NCBI GenBank assembly: GCA_951406725.2
Contig: OX597819.1
Location: forward strand, 132,122,001-132,186,000
Origin: Octopus vulgaris
Taxonomy: Eukaryota
DNA: 64,000 nt
Direction of reading: 5' to 3'
In this document: one piece after another, positions 1-14,075 of the stretch
Position numbering within the stretch: the stretch's first letter is position 1
Layout of the letters: every line of letters starts with the position of its first letter
The notes under the pieces: generated by a model
The model's database searches: none
Told to the model about the DNA's origin: nothing
The model's input: only the letters and a program-made list of their open reading frames with translations
Translations under genes and position numbers: made by a program

Positions 1-152
1 ACAGTCATAGTTGATGCATGCAGATGTATAGACTTGCACACTGCTCCAGAAAATATCGTTTTGGACTTGGGTTCCACTGAGCAACACCATGGGCTTCTAT
101 ATAACCTCAGGTCAATCAGATCATTGTGAGTAGATTTGGTGAAGAGACAATG

Positions 153-541
153 AATGGTGGATGGTCTACCTGATCGCTCTTTATCAATAAAGCTACAATC
201 TCCAGCTCGGAACCTTGTGAACCACTTCCATACAGTTCTTTCAGATAAAGTAACATCTCCGTAAACTGTGCATATTTCTTTGGTTGCTTGTGACACATTT
301 TTCCCTTTACGGAAAAAGAAAAGCATCAAGTGTCGAAAATGAACTTTCTTGTCTTCCATTTTAAAGGGTTACAGAATTAACACAGGTTATAGGAACATAA
401 ACCCTTTTCCATGAAAAGATAGCTTAAACTGTGCTCTAAATGGAAGTGAAGTCAAATCCTATTTTATGGACTCAACCATGTTCTAAAATAAGTTGAAAGG
501 TAAGCTACTATAAATCAGCTCGAACTTTCCGGACAACCCAA
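153..541 (-). mobile_element. Mariner transposon 5' fragment (TIR plus transposase N-terminal HTH)
   Basis: Minus-strand ATG at 359 gives MEDKKVHFRHLMLFFFRKGKNVSQATKEICTVYGDVTLSERTVWKWFTRFRAGDCSFIDKERSGRPST. TIR-like end TTGGGTTGTCCGGAAAGTTCG at 521-541. Confidence 0.85.
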
Positions 542-548
542 AATACAT

Positions 549-772
549 ATTCTGTTGTGTCTGGGGAGGGTCATTTTCTTTTTGTGCCTTATAATTTAAC
601 ACACTCACCGGTAAAATTTCCACATATTTCTTATATTTATTTTCCTAAAATTTCCATTGCATCTTGCAATCTTTTCAGTAGTCAAGGCTATTGAAGAAGT
701 TGCAAGACGCAATGAAAATTTTAGGAAAATAAAAAGAAGGAATTAGTGGAAATTTTACCGGTGAGTGTGTTT
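549..772. mobile_element. Palindromic (foldback/MITE-like) element
   Basis: aacacactcaccggtaaaatttccac...cttgcaa at about 598-680 is reverse-complementary to ttgcaag...gtggaaattttaccggtgagtgtgtt at about 686-771. A related copy is at 13191. Confidence 0.8.
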
Positions 773-1482
773 ATATAAATTATGTATAATACACACGCAC
801 ACACACTTATATAGAATGCTGTATTCACGTTCATCTTCGTGAGATTTACTGTGTTTCCCAGTTATTTATATCATTAATTTTTCTTTCTCTATTATTTCTG
901 ACATTTACATCAAAGCCTCATATCTTAATTACTATTTATAAAGGTTGGTAGAGCTCATCTGCTCAGCACACAATGAATGAAATTTATTCTTCTCCATAAT
1001 TGCACCCTTTTCTGCTTTGTTTTATCCGAGGCCAGACCTATGAACACCCTCAGTTCCTGCTCCACGCTGCAGTCTTTTCTCTCTTAATGTTATTTTAAAT
1101 TCAATATCGATGCTAAAATATTAAATTGTTTTACTAAGTCTGCTGTTGGTTGGGTTTTCCTTTCTAATTTATTCCTGCAGCTCCATTTACATGTAAGTAG
1201 TTTAAAGAACAATAAAAAGCTTAACCTGTAATTCTTTAATTACTACCTTCAGTGACTTCAGAGTCACCTGTTAATTAGTTTACTCTGATCTCAATGACTT
1301 CATTGACTTTTAAATCCAGCAATTTTATTCAAACCAATTCTATTCTTCTCATTTCTAATGCAAAAATCTCTATAAGAAAAAAATAAAGTAATCTTTGAGT
1401 AGCTGTGATTTTTTTTTTTTACAGTGTCTGCCCATAGCTTCTGTTTTCTTTCAATACTAAATCTAACTACCCCTGAGTTTGT

Positions 1483-1664
1483 TTAACCCTTTAACATTGA
1501 AACTAGCCAGATCAGGCCTCTCACACCTATCCTACAATGTCATTCTAGAAATATGCAATCTCATCATTGAAATCTCCAAACTGAGATAATGCATGATTAA
1601 TCCAAAGCAATGGGAATAAATAAGGATTACATTTGACCGAATAGTCTGAATGCTAAAGGATTAA
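1483..1664. mobile_element. piggyBac-like MITE family (further copies at about 16815-17050, 20675-20894, 32945-33058)
   Basis: TTAA-CCCTTTAACATT ... AATGCTAAAGGA-TTAA ends. The internal sequence ggcctctcacacctatcctacaatgtcattct recurs in the other copies. Confidence 0.6.
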
Positions 1665-2679
1665 TCTTTGTTTCAGAAAAAAACCAAACAAGCAAAGCAA
1701 AACATTCTGTTATCAAGGTGAAAGAATCCTAGAGATAACGATTGTTTTTGGCATTGCTGCCTCTTTTAATGAAAGTCTTGTAGTCTTCATGGCATCAACT
1801 GATTCTTGTATGTCTTTATGAATTTCCTTCCGTCATATCCGAGTTGTATTTGATGATCAGATGATGTATATTTTGATTCAGCATCGGTGATGGTGGTCGT
1901 CGTTTAAATGTGACCTTTTTGTTTTCCCAGCTGGAAACGGTTTGTTTCATTCTTCGTTGTGTAAACTTTGCGATGCTTACAGACTTGCAGCTGTTCCTTG
2001 TTCCCTTCGCCATGTTCAGCTGGTGGAAAGTGGCAGCGTTTTAGTTTTTTATTTTAGATTTCTTTCACTACAACCAAAATAATTGTTTATTACATAATTA
2101 TCTGCAAAAGTAAACTTCTTTTCCTCTCTTCTCTTAATTTGTCTTGGGAAGAACTGTTATAATTTTCTCCAGATTGTTTGAATTATGGAATTTTAACATT
2201 TCTTTGGTTTGTTTATACATCGTATTTGTTAGAAAGTTTTGCTAAGCATCTGCCTCTTAAGTACATCACTGTTTCTCTGCTCCATACTTAATTCCATATT
2301 TCTCAAGTGCAGACAAAAAGTTGCTTTTATCTTTGCATTTGGTTTTTGTGTAAAACTTTTATATACTCCAACTGGGAGGCCACTATTTTTGCAAGGATTG
2401 TCTCTTGTGCCTGGTACTATTATGATTTTTCTTGCCTTTGCTTGGAATTTAAATATTTTTTTTTTGTTTTAAAACTATTAATTTTTTAGTTTACACTTTT
2501 TCTCCATGTTGCATCTTGTATTTCAACAATTTGATTATCTTCTTTTGGGTATTGTTCCAGTCATGACAGGGTGGTGGAACTTGAGGGGTCAGCAAAGGCA
2601 TTCTTTTTGTAATTCGGTCTTTTAGTAACGATGGCTTTTGTACTTGTTGTCAATAATAATAATAACAATGATGATTTTA

Positions 2680-2870
2680 AATTTTGGCACAAGGCCAGCA
2701 ATTTTCGAATATATTGATTACACTGACCCCCAGTGTCCAACTGGTACTTATCAGCCCCAAAGGGATGAGAGGTAAAGTTGACCTTGGTGGAATTTGAACT
2801 TGGAACTTAAAGGCAGACAAAATGCTGCTGAGTATTTTGTCTGGTATGCCTGTGATTCTGCTAGTTTGCC
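2680..2870 (-). mobile_element. SINE family 2 (other copies at about 4280-4480, 7970-8140, 12680-12870 minus; 15850-16030, 56110-56290 plus)
   Basis: Recurrent ttttggcacaaggccagcaattt...caactggtactt...ggaatttgaact... with (AAT)n tails. The B-box-like GAGTTCAAATTCC reads on the opposite strand. Confidence 0.75.
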
Positions 2871-5800
2871 AACAACAACAACAACAATAATGTGATTTAA
2901 AATTTTGACTCAGAGCCAGCTGTTCGAGGGGAGGGGATGTTTATGTTGATCCCACTGCTTAACTGATACTTATTCTATCAACCCTTTCTATAACCTTGGG
3001 CTGACCAAAGCCTTGAGAGTGGATTTGGTAGAAACTGAAAGAAGCCCATCGCATATTTGTATATATATATTTGTATATATATATATATATATGTGTGTGT
3101 GAACTTCTTTCAGTTTCTGTCTTTCAAATTCACTCACAAGGCTTTGGTGAGCCCGAGGCTATAGAACGAGACACTTGCCCAAGGTGCCACACAGTGGGAC
3201 AGAACTTGTAACCATGTGGTTGGGAGGTAAGCTTCTTACCACACAGCCATGCCTGCAAATAATTAAAAGAAAAAAAAAACATTAATAATCCTCTGTTTTT
3301 GATAAAAGTGATTGAATTATTAATTGATTGGAAACTCATTATCATTCATCTGTTAAGTATCTGCAGCTTTTAAAAAAAAATTTTGTATTTCAGTCATCTG
3401 TCTGTGAAATTTTTTTTGTTTTCTAGTAATTTCAATAACATAGTATTAACTTGAAGAATACCAGTGATTCTATTTAGAAACTGAATATTGATTCAAAAAC
3501 AAAACGGAATTTAATCCTGTCAGCCATTAAAAAACAAAAACAACAAAAACATTCATTTATGAGATTTAATTTTAATTCTTTTGTGATTGTAGTCCTTTAA
3601 AATCTAGATTATTGAGTCTAATCTGGAATATCAATATGAAATGTGGTATCCCTTTTTTTAAATTTAATATTTCTGTTTTTATAAAAATGAAAGGTGTCAA
3701 TTTATACTTTAATTAAACCGAATTTGATGCATAGTTAAAATTTTATTAAAAACTTAATTTATTTGGAAGTTGTAGTAATTACTACATACTAGTAGTAGCA
3801 GTATGGAGTCTTGTATTGTAACAGTGCATCATTACTGCAGTTACCAATTTATTGGGGATTCCCTACTACACTTGGTAGGTCACACCTTTGTGCCACTCAG
3901 GCAACAACCCTCCAACCCGTGGGTCTGTTTTCTGGCTAGTTGTTGCTGGTGAGGGTTTTTATGGGGTTGGCATGCGAACCCTAATTCAACCTTCTTTAGT
4001 TGACTTTTACAACATAGAGAGGAAACGTTGGGCCTGTTCTTTGTCATGCCAGTCTCCACGCAGCAAACTACATAATGGTCTCTAATTTGGGTGGTACCTG
4101 ACCAACAATTTCGAGGGTAGGGGTTTAGTAGATTCTGTTGAGTCCAGTGCTTGCCGGGTACTTCTTTGTATCACTTCTGAAGGGATGAAAGCCAGAGTTG
4201 ACCCTGTGGAGGATTTGAACAATGGAACTAATGGCTTATCACCTTTTAATAATAATAATAATAATAATAATAACGGCTTCAAATTCTGGCACAAGGCCAG
4301 CAATTTCAGAGGTGGGGGCTAGTTGATTACATCGATTGACTGGTATTTATTTTATTGATGCTGAAGGGAAGGGATGAAAGGCAAAGCCAACCTTGGCTGA
4401 ATTTGAACTCAGAACATGAAGACGGAAGAAATGCTGTTAAGCATTTGCCCAGCATGCTAACAATCCTGCCAGCTTGCTGCCTTTATAATAATAATAATCC
4501 CTTCTACTTAAGGCACAAGGCCTTAAATAGATGGATATCATCATCATCATCATCGTTTAACGTCTGTTTTCCATGCTGGCATGGGTTGGACAGTTTGACT
4601 GAGGTCTGGGAAGACAGTGGCTGCATCAGGCTTCAATCTGATCTGGCAGTGTTTCTACAGCTGGATGTCCTTCCTAATGCCAACCACTCTGAGAGTGTAG
4701 TGAGTGCTTTTTACGTGCTGCTGGCACAGGGGCCAGTTAGGCGGGCCTGTCATCGATCACATTTGGATGGTGCTTCTTATGTGCCATCTGCACAGGAGCC
4801 AGTTACGGGGCACTGGCATCGATCATGTTTGGATGGTACTTTTTATGTTCCACTGGCACGGGAGCCAGCCAGGGGAAACTAGCATTGACCACGTGGCACT
4901 ATTATTTATTATGTTCCTTATTGCAAGGGCAGCAATCTTAATGAGAAGGATTGAGTTGACTTTATTGGCCTCAGTACTTTTATTTCATTGACCATGAAAG
5001 GTGAAGTTGATGCTGGTATGGTTTGAACTTAGAATCTCAATAACCAGAACTAAATACTTCAAGTCATTTCATTTTCTGCTTTAACAATTCTACCAATCCA
5101 CCCTCTCTTGTTTTTACCAATAATAATAATTTCTTTATTAGTGCCACCAAGGCCCTTTTGTACAAAGTTATGAAAGCGTGTGCAGGTACAGTTGTTGAAA
5201 AGTGAGAGGAGGGGCCCAGGACAGTCTGCAGTCCCTCCCCCCCTCATTCAGATGCATATGTCATCACTGTTGGACAGTTTGACAGGATCTGATGGGTCTG
5301 GTGACAGCATCAGCATGGTTTCTACTGCTGGATGACCTTCGTATTGCTTTCCTGTATGTATTGAGTGCTTTTTTTTCATGGCACCAGTGAGTTGTTGCTT
5401 TCACTGTTGAAACTCAAAATGTTTGATTTACTTTAAAGGAAAAACACCAGTCAGAATCACTGCTTCGGTTAAAGGGAAACTGGGGTCCAGGTTTTCTGCC
5501 ATAAAAAAAGCCACACAGTTTAATAGTTACAATAGCGATATTCTTTTGTTTCAGTCATTTGACTGTGGCCATGCTGGAGTACCTACCCCCTTTAGTTGAA
5601 CAAATCGACCCCAGGATGTATTCTTTGTTAGCCTGGTACTTATTCTGTTGGTCTCTTTTGCTGAACCACTAAGTTATGGGGATGTAAACACACCAACATT
5701 GGTTGTCAGTTGATGGTGGGGGGGGATAAACACAAGCACACACACACACACACGTATTATGACGAGCTTCTTTCAGGTTCCGTCTACCAAATCCACTCAC

Positions 5801-8587
5801 AAGGCTTTGGTTGGGCCGAGGTTATAGTAGAAGACACTTGCCCAAGGTGCCACACAGCCACTCCTGCAGCTAAGGGGGAGGGGAATGTTGTAGGACGCAA
5901 GTCTCACATTAAAAGGTGTGGTGCAATGTAAAGCAACAGTGAAGCCTTGTTTTCATGGAAAGAGTAACGAGATTTTCATTAAAGCTCTCATTTAAATTGA
6001 AGAGCCTATTCCAGTTCATTTGGTATGATAAACCATTAAAAACAAGCTTCCCCAAAAAACATTGGTGCAGGTTGAGGGGGTTAAGTTATTTTCTTTGAGT
6101 TTTATTAAAATATAAGTTAATATACTTAGATTAATATATAATTTTTTTTATCTCCTTTTACCATATTTATTTCTGTATAATACACCTAAATTTGGAATGT
6201 GGTGCACCATATACTCAACAAACTAAATATCATCTGTTCCCCTCCCCTAATATTGTATAATTATATTTGGGACAATGTGACCAGAAATCTATTTCCCAAG
6301 TTAACTGTTGTGTAACAAACTATTTAAATTACTACAATAGCAATACAGTTCTTATATGAGACATCAATTAGATTCCCTATGTCTGCCTATGTCAGGGATT
6401 GTTTCCACCAAGTTTGTTTCTTATTTTAGGATTATAATAAAATAATTCGGCAGCAGAAACCGTCCTCATTTTTTCCATTTCTGTTTGGGTTTCATGGAGG
6501 TTACTGAGGCAGACTCTTCCATGGCCAGATGTGGTTTTCTAGAAAATTGGAAACGAATGACATTCATTACATGAATCCTGCAATCTCAAGACAGGGAGGC
6601 ACAATCCTCTACATACAAGACTGTGTGTGCGGATATATATATGTATATGCATCATCATCATCATTTAATGTCCGTTAAATGATGATGACGACATATATAT
6701 ATATATATATATTTCCTTGTTTCAGTCATTTGACTCTGGCCATGCTGGAGTGCTGCCATAAAGGGTTTTTAAGTCAAAGAAATCAACCCCAGGAGTTATT
6801 CTTTGTAAGCCTAGTACTTATTCTATCAATCCCTTTTGCTGAACCACTAAGTTACAGGGACGTAAACTCACCGACATCAGTTGTCAAGCAATGGTGGGGA
6901 TACACACACATATAGACGGGCTTTTATCAGTTTCCATCTACCAGATCCACTTTGGTTGGCCTGAGGCTATAGTAGGAGACACTTACCCAAGGTGCCACGC
7001 AGTGGGACTGAACCTGGAAACCATGTGGTTGGGAAGCAAACTTCTCAAGAACACTGCCATTCCAGCATCTTTAATTTTGCCAAACCCAATAGCATGACTG
7101 TGATGCCAATCTGAGGAATTGCCACTCCGATGCCTAAAACTGCAAATAGTTTGTAATTTGTTTTCTTTTGGACTTTTCATGTAAAACTGTCGTTGCAAAT
7201 GGAGATGGTACGAAAACATTTGTAACTTATAATTAAAGATGTGTTAAAGAATTTTCTTAGTAATACACTTGTGTCTATACTTTAGTGTATATACAATGCT
7301 ACAAGAACATGTGTTTTAGATAATCCACTGTAAGAAATAACATGCAGCTGGTCCAGTCGCAGCCATCCAAGCAGTATATTAATCTGTTAAGATTCTGATT
7401 AAAACAATGTTTTTTAATTAAAAAAATGTTGCCAGATCCTGAATATTTGATGTTTAAAATATAAAATTAGTCATTAAAAAAAGTACTTTGAAAAGTTGGA
7501 GGGATTTAAAAAAATTTCAGCTTGAAAACACAGCAGCCATGAATCCCATCAGACTGAATGTTGACTTAATCACACTTGCACAATCCAAATCCTAATGATT
7601 TTCTAAATATCATTTCTACAATAACGACTTTACAACAGGTGTACTTTTTTTTAATGTGCACCACACTCGAACGGTGCTTTTTATATGCCACTGGCACGGG
7701 GGGAGTCAGTCATTGCCAGTGCTGTCTGACTGGCCTTCGTGCTGGTGGCACGTAAAAAGCACTATTTGAGCATGGTAGTTGCCAGTGCCACCTGACTGGC
7801 TCCTGTGCCAGTGGAACGTAAAAAGGACCTACTATATACTTTGGGAGTGGTTGGCATTAGGAAGGGTATCCAGTCTCCTGGCTTGCCAGTCCGCAGTCAA
7901 ACTATCCAACCTATGCCAGCATGGAAAGCGGATGTTAAACGATGATGTTAATTAATAAGATTGGTTTCAAATTTTGGCACAAGGGGAAGTGGGGGGTGGG
8001 TGGTGGCAGATAGGTAAATTACGTCAACCCCCAGCTCTCAACTGGTACTTATTCTATCAACCCCAAAATGGTGAAAGATAAGGTTGACCTATGCCAGGGT
8101 TTGAACTTGCAACGTAAAGACAGAATACCACCAAACATTTTGGTAGTAATACGAAAGTTTTTAGCTCTTTTGTCTGCATTCTATTTTTTTTTTTTTTCTA
8201 TTACAGCAATCAAATAATCCGACTAAACTCTTTTTTTCTATACATTGTCACACTAAAGGAAAGTCGGTGTTTATCCTATACAAGAAATGTTTTTCTGGAA
8301 CTTCCTTGCCATAATTAGTGTTACACATAAACCCAGTCTGCTAAATGAGGTCAAAAGGAGTAATAGTATCATAAGAACCATAAGCTTGATAGGAAATATA
8401 TTCCACATTTCGATTCAGCATACAACACACTTAGAACTGACTATTAACACACTTAGAAGGAGGCAATCATTGTTGCCCAGTGATATACTCAGAAATATCT
8501 GCCTGGCAATCCCTAAAATCTAGTTCAAATAAATATGTTCCTGATATTTGTATTGTGATTGTGGTGTTCAGTATTATTGAAGTGGTG

Positions 8588-8950
8588 GCAGCACAATGGT
8601 CCAGTGGTTAGGGCAGTGGACTCGCGGTTATAGGATCGCTGTTTCAATCCCCAAACTGGGCGCTGTGAGTGTTTATTGAACGAAAACACCTAAAGCTCCA
8701 CAAGGCTCCGGCAGGGGGTGGCGACGAACCCGGCTGTACTCTTTCACCACAACTTTCTCTCTTCCTGTTTCTGTTGTGAGTGTATTTCAAAGGCCAACCT
8801 TGTCACGCTCTGTGTTGCACTGAATCACCCCGAGAACTACGTTAAGGGTACACGTGTCTGTGGAGTGCTCAGCCACTTACACGTTAATTTCACAAGCAGG
8901 CTGTTCCGTTAATCGGATCAACTGGAACCCTCGTCGTAACCAGAGTGCCA
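8588..8950 (+). mobile_element. tRNA-derived SINE family 3 (second copy at about 37378-37672)
   Basis: tggtccagtggttagggcag A-box and gtttcaatccc B-box. The 3' part gagaactacgttaagggtaca...cggatcaactggaa...ctcgtcgtaacc is shared with the second copy. Confidence 0.75.
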
Positions 8951-9959
8951 CAATTATTGAAGTCTTGGGGTTTGAGTGGTGAAACTCAATGCTCTGTCCA
9001 TGAGTTTATAGATCGTTGTTGTTGTTGTTGTTTTACTATAAAAAGAAAGAAAAGAAAAGGTCACATGGTAGACATGACATCATCATCATCATCATCATTG
9101 TTTAACGTCCGTTTTCCATGCTGGCATGGGTTGGACGGTTTGGCCGGGGTTTGGGAAGTCAGGAGGCTCCAGTCTGATCTGGCAGTGTTTCTACAGCTGG
9201 ATGCCCTTCCTAACGCTAACCACTCTGAGAGTGTAGTGGGTGCTTTTTACGTGCCACTGGCACAGGGCCAGAGGGGGCTGGCAATGACGATGATTGGTTG
9301 GTGCTTTTAACGTGCCACTGGCACAGGGATCACAGCTGCAATTTCCATTTGATTTTGATGTACTCGACTCAATAGGTCCCCTCAAGCACGGCATGTCACC
9401 CTACGATCCAAGGTACTTTTGAGTGGGTTGGTTATGTGACACTGGTGTAGGTTACATTAGTTTCTTAACATTTAAGCAGAAACCAGATTGTCATAAAGTG
9501 GAAGAGAAATTCTAGGAATTGGTTAGTTACTGCTTTCCTCATCTTAATAGGAGAGTAATTGGAAAAGTGAAAAAGGAATGGAACCTCTTACCATAACATT
9601 GTGCAGTATTGGGAAAGACTGAAAGCTTGGTGAGAATTGTTGCTAATTTTGGGGGATTTTCTGCTCGTAGTAGGTCTATTCCTAAAGGGATTATGAATTA
9701 TGCAAAGAAGTGGTATAAACTGGAAAAAACTGGATTTTGGAATGAAAGCTTATGGAAAATGTTGAACAGAACAAATTTGTTTTCTTTCTGAGAAATCTAC
9801 AAGTCGACCATTCATGTTGTATATGGAAGCTCCATCGTTTAGCAAATGAGTCATTTCTATTATTTGCATTTTTGGTGTTGGTGGTTTGCTCTCCATTTGT
9901 ATAATTTAAAAGATATTGTGAGGAAAGTATAACCCTGCTTCTCCCCCACATAAAAATAG

Positions 9960-10330
9960 GTGCAGGAATTGCTGTGGGCTAAGAAGCTTGCTTCCCAACT
10001 ACATGGTTCTGGGTTCAACCCTACTTGTGGCACCTTGGGTAAGTGTCTTCTACTATAGCCTCAGGCCAGCCAAAACCTTGTGAGTGAATTTGGTGGATGG
10101 AAACTGAAAAGAAGCCCATCGTATGTGTTTCTCTTTGTTTCTCCCCCACAACCACTTGACAATCAGTGTTGTTGTCTTCTTGTCTCTAACTTAACGGTTT
10201 GACAAAAGAGATTGGTGGAATAAGTACTTGACTTAAAAAAAAAAGTAATGGCGTTGATTTGCTTGACTAAAATTCTTTTAGGGTGGTGCCTCAGCATGGC
10301 TAAAGTCTGATGACTGAAACAAATAAAAGA
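9960..10330 (+). mobile_element. tRNA-derived SINE family 1, full-length plus-strand copy
   Basis: A/B-box-like head (gctgtgggctaag, gggttcaacccta) followed by CORE-like caccttgggtaagtgtcttc. Minus-strand copies at about 3100-3255, 5545-5870, 6718-7060, 11525-11680, 17800-17920, 27345-27675, 35535-35670, 37870-38020, 38190-38325, 40300-40625, 44920-45210, 45790-45885 and 56725-56860. Confidence 0.8.
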
Positions 10331-10396
10331 TACACAATTTACTAGGAAGTTGGCTTTAGCTCTATAGAAAAGATTTAGCAGTATTCTTATAATTGA

Positions 10397-10781
10397 CTAG
10401 CAGTGTTGCTTGGCGTTGCTCGGGTTTGTTTCAACCCTTTAGAATTGGAATTTTTGAAAAGTAAAAATTTTGCATTATGTAGCTTGTTATTCTCTTTAAG
10501 TGAACATTTTTATGGTTGAAATACACCGTAAAACGGCGACACAGCAGTAAAAAAATCCTAAAAAATAGGGATTTTCATAGAAAAAAAGCACCTTTTTGAT
10601 GTAAATAATTTTTGGTGTTAACATGGTCCGATTTGAATTTTATCTTCTACGGAAGGAAGAGCAAGCCTTCTTCTATCATACTCTCAATTTTGGTCAACTT
10701 GCGCCACAGGGTCTTGTAGTTAGTTGAAGGCTACCAAACCTGCCATACACAGACAACTTCAGCTTTATATATATATATATA
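10397..10781 (-). mobile_element. Non-autonomous Helitron-like element
   Basis: On the minus strand it ends ...CCCGAGCAACGCCAAGCAACACTGCTAG|T (subterminal hairpin plus CTAG). The terminus is shared with the element at 36912. Confidence 0.65.
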
Positions 10782-13190
10782 ATGTGAGTTTAGTGGGTTT
10801 TATCTCAGATCTAAAATTCTTTTTGTCATTATCACTGTTTGGCAGTTCTTTCTGTATTTATTGTGATGAATATGTCGTATTATTATTAGAGTTTCATATT
10901 GAAGGTGTGTATCAATAGATAAGGTGGTTTTTAAACAAGACTGTTCTGCTGTTCTGACATTAATGGTTTAGAGAGGAATCTTATTAAACCACAGACCATT
11001 AATTCTTTTATCATGTGAGATGATTTAATCTTGGTATTGTAAGTTTTGAAATTCTTTAACAGTGGAAATTCAAGACTATGCTGTGACCTTTCTCTTTTTC
11101 TGACTTGCTTTTATTGCAGAGAGAGAGAGAGAGAGATATGAAGGATTTAGTTCCTTGTCCAAGACATAGCATTGCAACAACGTTAGAAATCTAAACTTAG
11201 AATCGGTTCCATTGAGCGGCTGATGCCTGGACTTTGTGAATCTTCAATTCTGATTGTTGCATGGCTTTATGTTCATCAACATTGTTTTAGCATCCAGTTT
11301 TCCATGTTTGCATGGGTTGAACGGATTTTGCTGATGGCACATTTTCTACCACTGGATGCCCTTCCAGTTGCCAACTCTTGCCTGTTTCCAAGTATGATAA
11401 TATCCCTCAGACATTTTCATGGATGATTGGAACAAACAACACCTCTTGTATGATGGTGACATTTGTTTACAGCCATCATATGAAGTCAAGACAAGATGAC
11501 AGAACACAAACGCACACACATGATGGGCTTCTTTTTAGTTTCCATCTATCAAATCCACTCACAAGGCTTTGATCAGCTTGAGACTATAATAGAAGACACT
11601 TGCCCAAGGTGTCACACAATGGGACGGAACCTAGAACCATGTGATTGGACATCAAACTTCTTACCATACAACCACACCTGCACCCTTGTGCAGGATTGTT
11701 CTCTTGCTGTATTTAGCCATTGCGTTGGTGCCGAAAAAAAAAGAAGAAAAAAAATACACTAGATTGACAATTCTGAGTTTGAGTTTTTTCATGTCGCTTT
11801 CTCCATCTCCATAAATGAGGATCGATTTAATTGACTTTGTGGAATTGGTTTTGTACTTAGTTATAAGAAATCAATATATTTAGTTCAGTTTAACAACTCT
11901 TTGACATGTATCAATAATTCCGATAAGTTATATCAAAATTGATTTCTTGTTAGCATCTCCTTCAAATAAAACAATAAAAATGTGACTTTTCCCTCTATTA
12001 ATGAAGTTCTATGTTTTTTTAAATACTCTGTTTCCAGTGAAAATTTGGTAATACAATTTTAAGTATCACCATATATTGACTATAGAAAATAGTTTAATAT
12101 TTTCCCAATGGAAAAAAAAAATGGGTATTTGTCTGCATGGGAATTGAACTCCCACCTCTTATTTTCATGATAAATGTGCTAACCGATTACACTAACATAA
12201 GCCATTTATTTTTGTCCTTTAAATTTAAGAACTATGATTTCATGGTGCTGTTTAAACGTGTGTATTCTGTGTAAGTTAAGAAATGGTGTCAAGTGAAAAT
12301 TTTGTAAAGATAAGTTTTCACCATATCTATTCAACGACCAAATAATCTGATGTTGGGGTGTATAAACCCCTGCTGAAAGAAGTGGGAATGTATTTTGAGT
12401 GTTTGGTGGAATTATTTTTTTCTTGGGGCTCTTATTCCACTTTCCCTCCTGCCTTTTTACCCATTAAATCCATTATACTCTGCTCTTTCATAATCCTAAG
12501 GGTCTTCTTGGTTTCCTGTGTCCCCATTTTATCATTGATGCAGCAACAGTTGCTGCTTATGTAGTTTTTATGCTTTTTACCATGTCGGACATGATTTGTA
12601 TTTTTCAGTTTTACAGTTTAAAAAAGCAAGTTTAAATTTGCTTTGTCATGTATGAAAGGTTTATAAAGTGTTGGCTTTAAATTTTGGCACAAGGCCAACA
12701 ATTATAGGAGGGGGGGTCAGGTCGATTAACATTGACCTCAGTGTTCAACTGGTAATTTATCAACTTTGAAAGGTGAAGCCACTGTTGGTGGAATTTGAAC
12801 TCAGGACGTACAGATGAACAAAATGCCATTAACCATTTTGTCTGGCATGCTAACAATTCTGCCAATTTGCTGCTTATTTGATATTCAAGACTAAATATTC
12901 ACTACAAACTCCTTTACTAATATGGATTGAGTATTATACAGAAATTCTTGAAATATGTATTTTGATTCCAGATAACTAACCTTGCACCATTCCAACTTAA
13001 TGTTTTCCCTTTTCCACATTATTACGATATTATTGTAGTCTAACATAGATTTTTGCATTGGTTTTATTTATATTATTTTGTTTCGAGTGTTTAATCAATG
13101 ATTTCTTTACATCACTGAAGAATCCTCAATCTTGGAAAGAGTGCTATTTTGATTAATTAAAAACAAAAAATTATATGAAAATACAATGAA

Positions 13191-13385
13191 ATTCTGTTGT
13201 GTCTGGGGAGAGTCATTTTCTTTTTGTGCCTTATAATTTAACACACTCACCGGTAAAATTTCCACTTTTTTTCTTATTTTTATTTTCCTAAAATTTTCGT
13301 TGCGTCTTGCAACCTTTTCAATAGTTTTGAGTGTGTTATATTATAAGGCATGAAAAGAAAATGACTCTCCCCAGACAACAGAATA
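13191..13385. mobile_element. Second, internally deleted copy of the palindromic element
   Basis: Ends attctgttgtgtctggggagagtcattttc ... gaaaatgactctccccagacaacagaat are inverted. The left arm is near-identical to 549-680. Confidence 0.8.
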
Positions 13386-14075
13386 TGCTTCAACACACAA
13401 ACTCATATAAAGAATCTTGCAAACGAAATACAATGAAATTGTTTTTCATAAATTCAAAGGAGTACTCTCCTTAAACCAAACCATGACAATTTCTATCTTC
13501 ACCCGTAACTTCTTAAATTATTGGTGTAGGTTCTTAGGGAACTCTAAGGTTCATGCTGTGGCTTATAACCTGAACTTGGTAAATAGTAACAATTTTTCAC
13601 TTTTAACCTCCTGGTTGATTAATTAGTTCAACTTTTAATGTGGCTTATTAAGAAATCAATCATATTCAGTTACTTATGTATCAAATGTATTGATATATCA
13701 TTGGCTGGTGTTAATGAAATTGAGGCTGATGTACCAAATATCTTGTGCAAACAAAGCAGCAGGGTGTGTGCGTGTGCGTTTCTCCACGGCCAGACAACAA
13801 AATTGCATATTGTCACCTTGATATTTTGAAAAGTTAAGTTTTCAAATTCCGCAGCATTCATTTGTTTGTTCATGATGACCTGAAATATAACCAACTTTTA
13901 AAGTTTTGTGGATGATATTTCAATTCTCTCTGTTAACATTTGTTAGCATTTATTATCTGGTTTATTTAACATATCTGACAGAGCAACTATTAATCTAATG
14001 TTCCTCATAGTCACTAGAAATAATTTCCTATCAAACTGAAGAGGTTCTGGTGTCCTTCGTGGTCAGACGACTGTC

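Noticed and set aside
1745-2013. 65-aa minus-strand ORF or pogo-like HTH relic (VDAMKTTRLSLKEAA)
   Set aside because: Similarity is too short and frameshifted to call without a profile search.
4355-4991. 175-aa and 95-aa ORFs (LQLDVLPNANHSESVV...)
   Set aside because: Chance read-through of SINE sequence. The same peptide recurs in other SINE copies on both strands.
8588-8660. tRNA gene
   Set aside because: The A/B boxes belong to a SINE head that continues into a repeat body. No complete cloverleaf.
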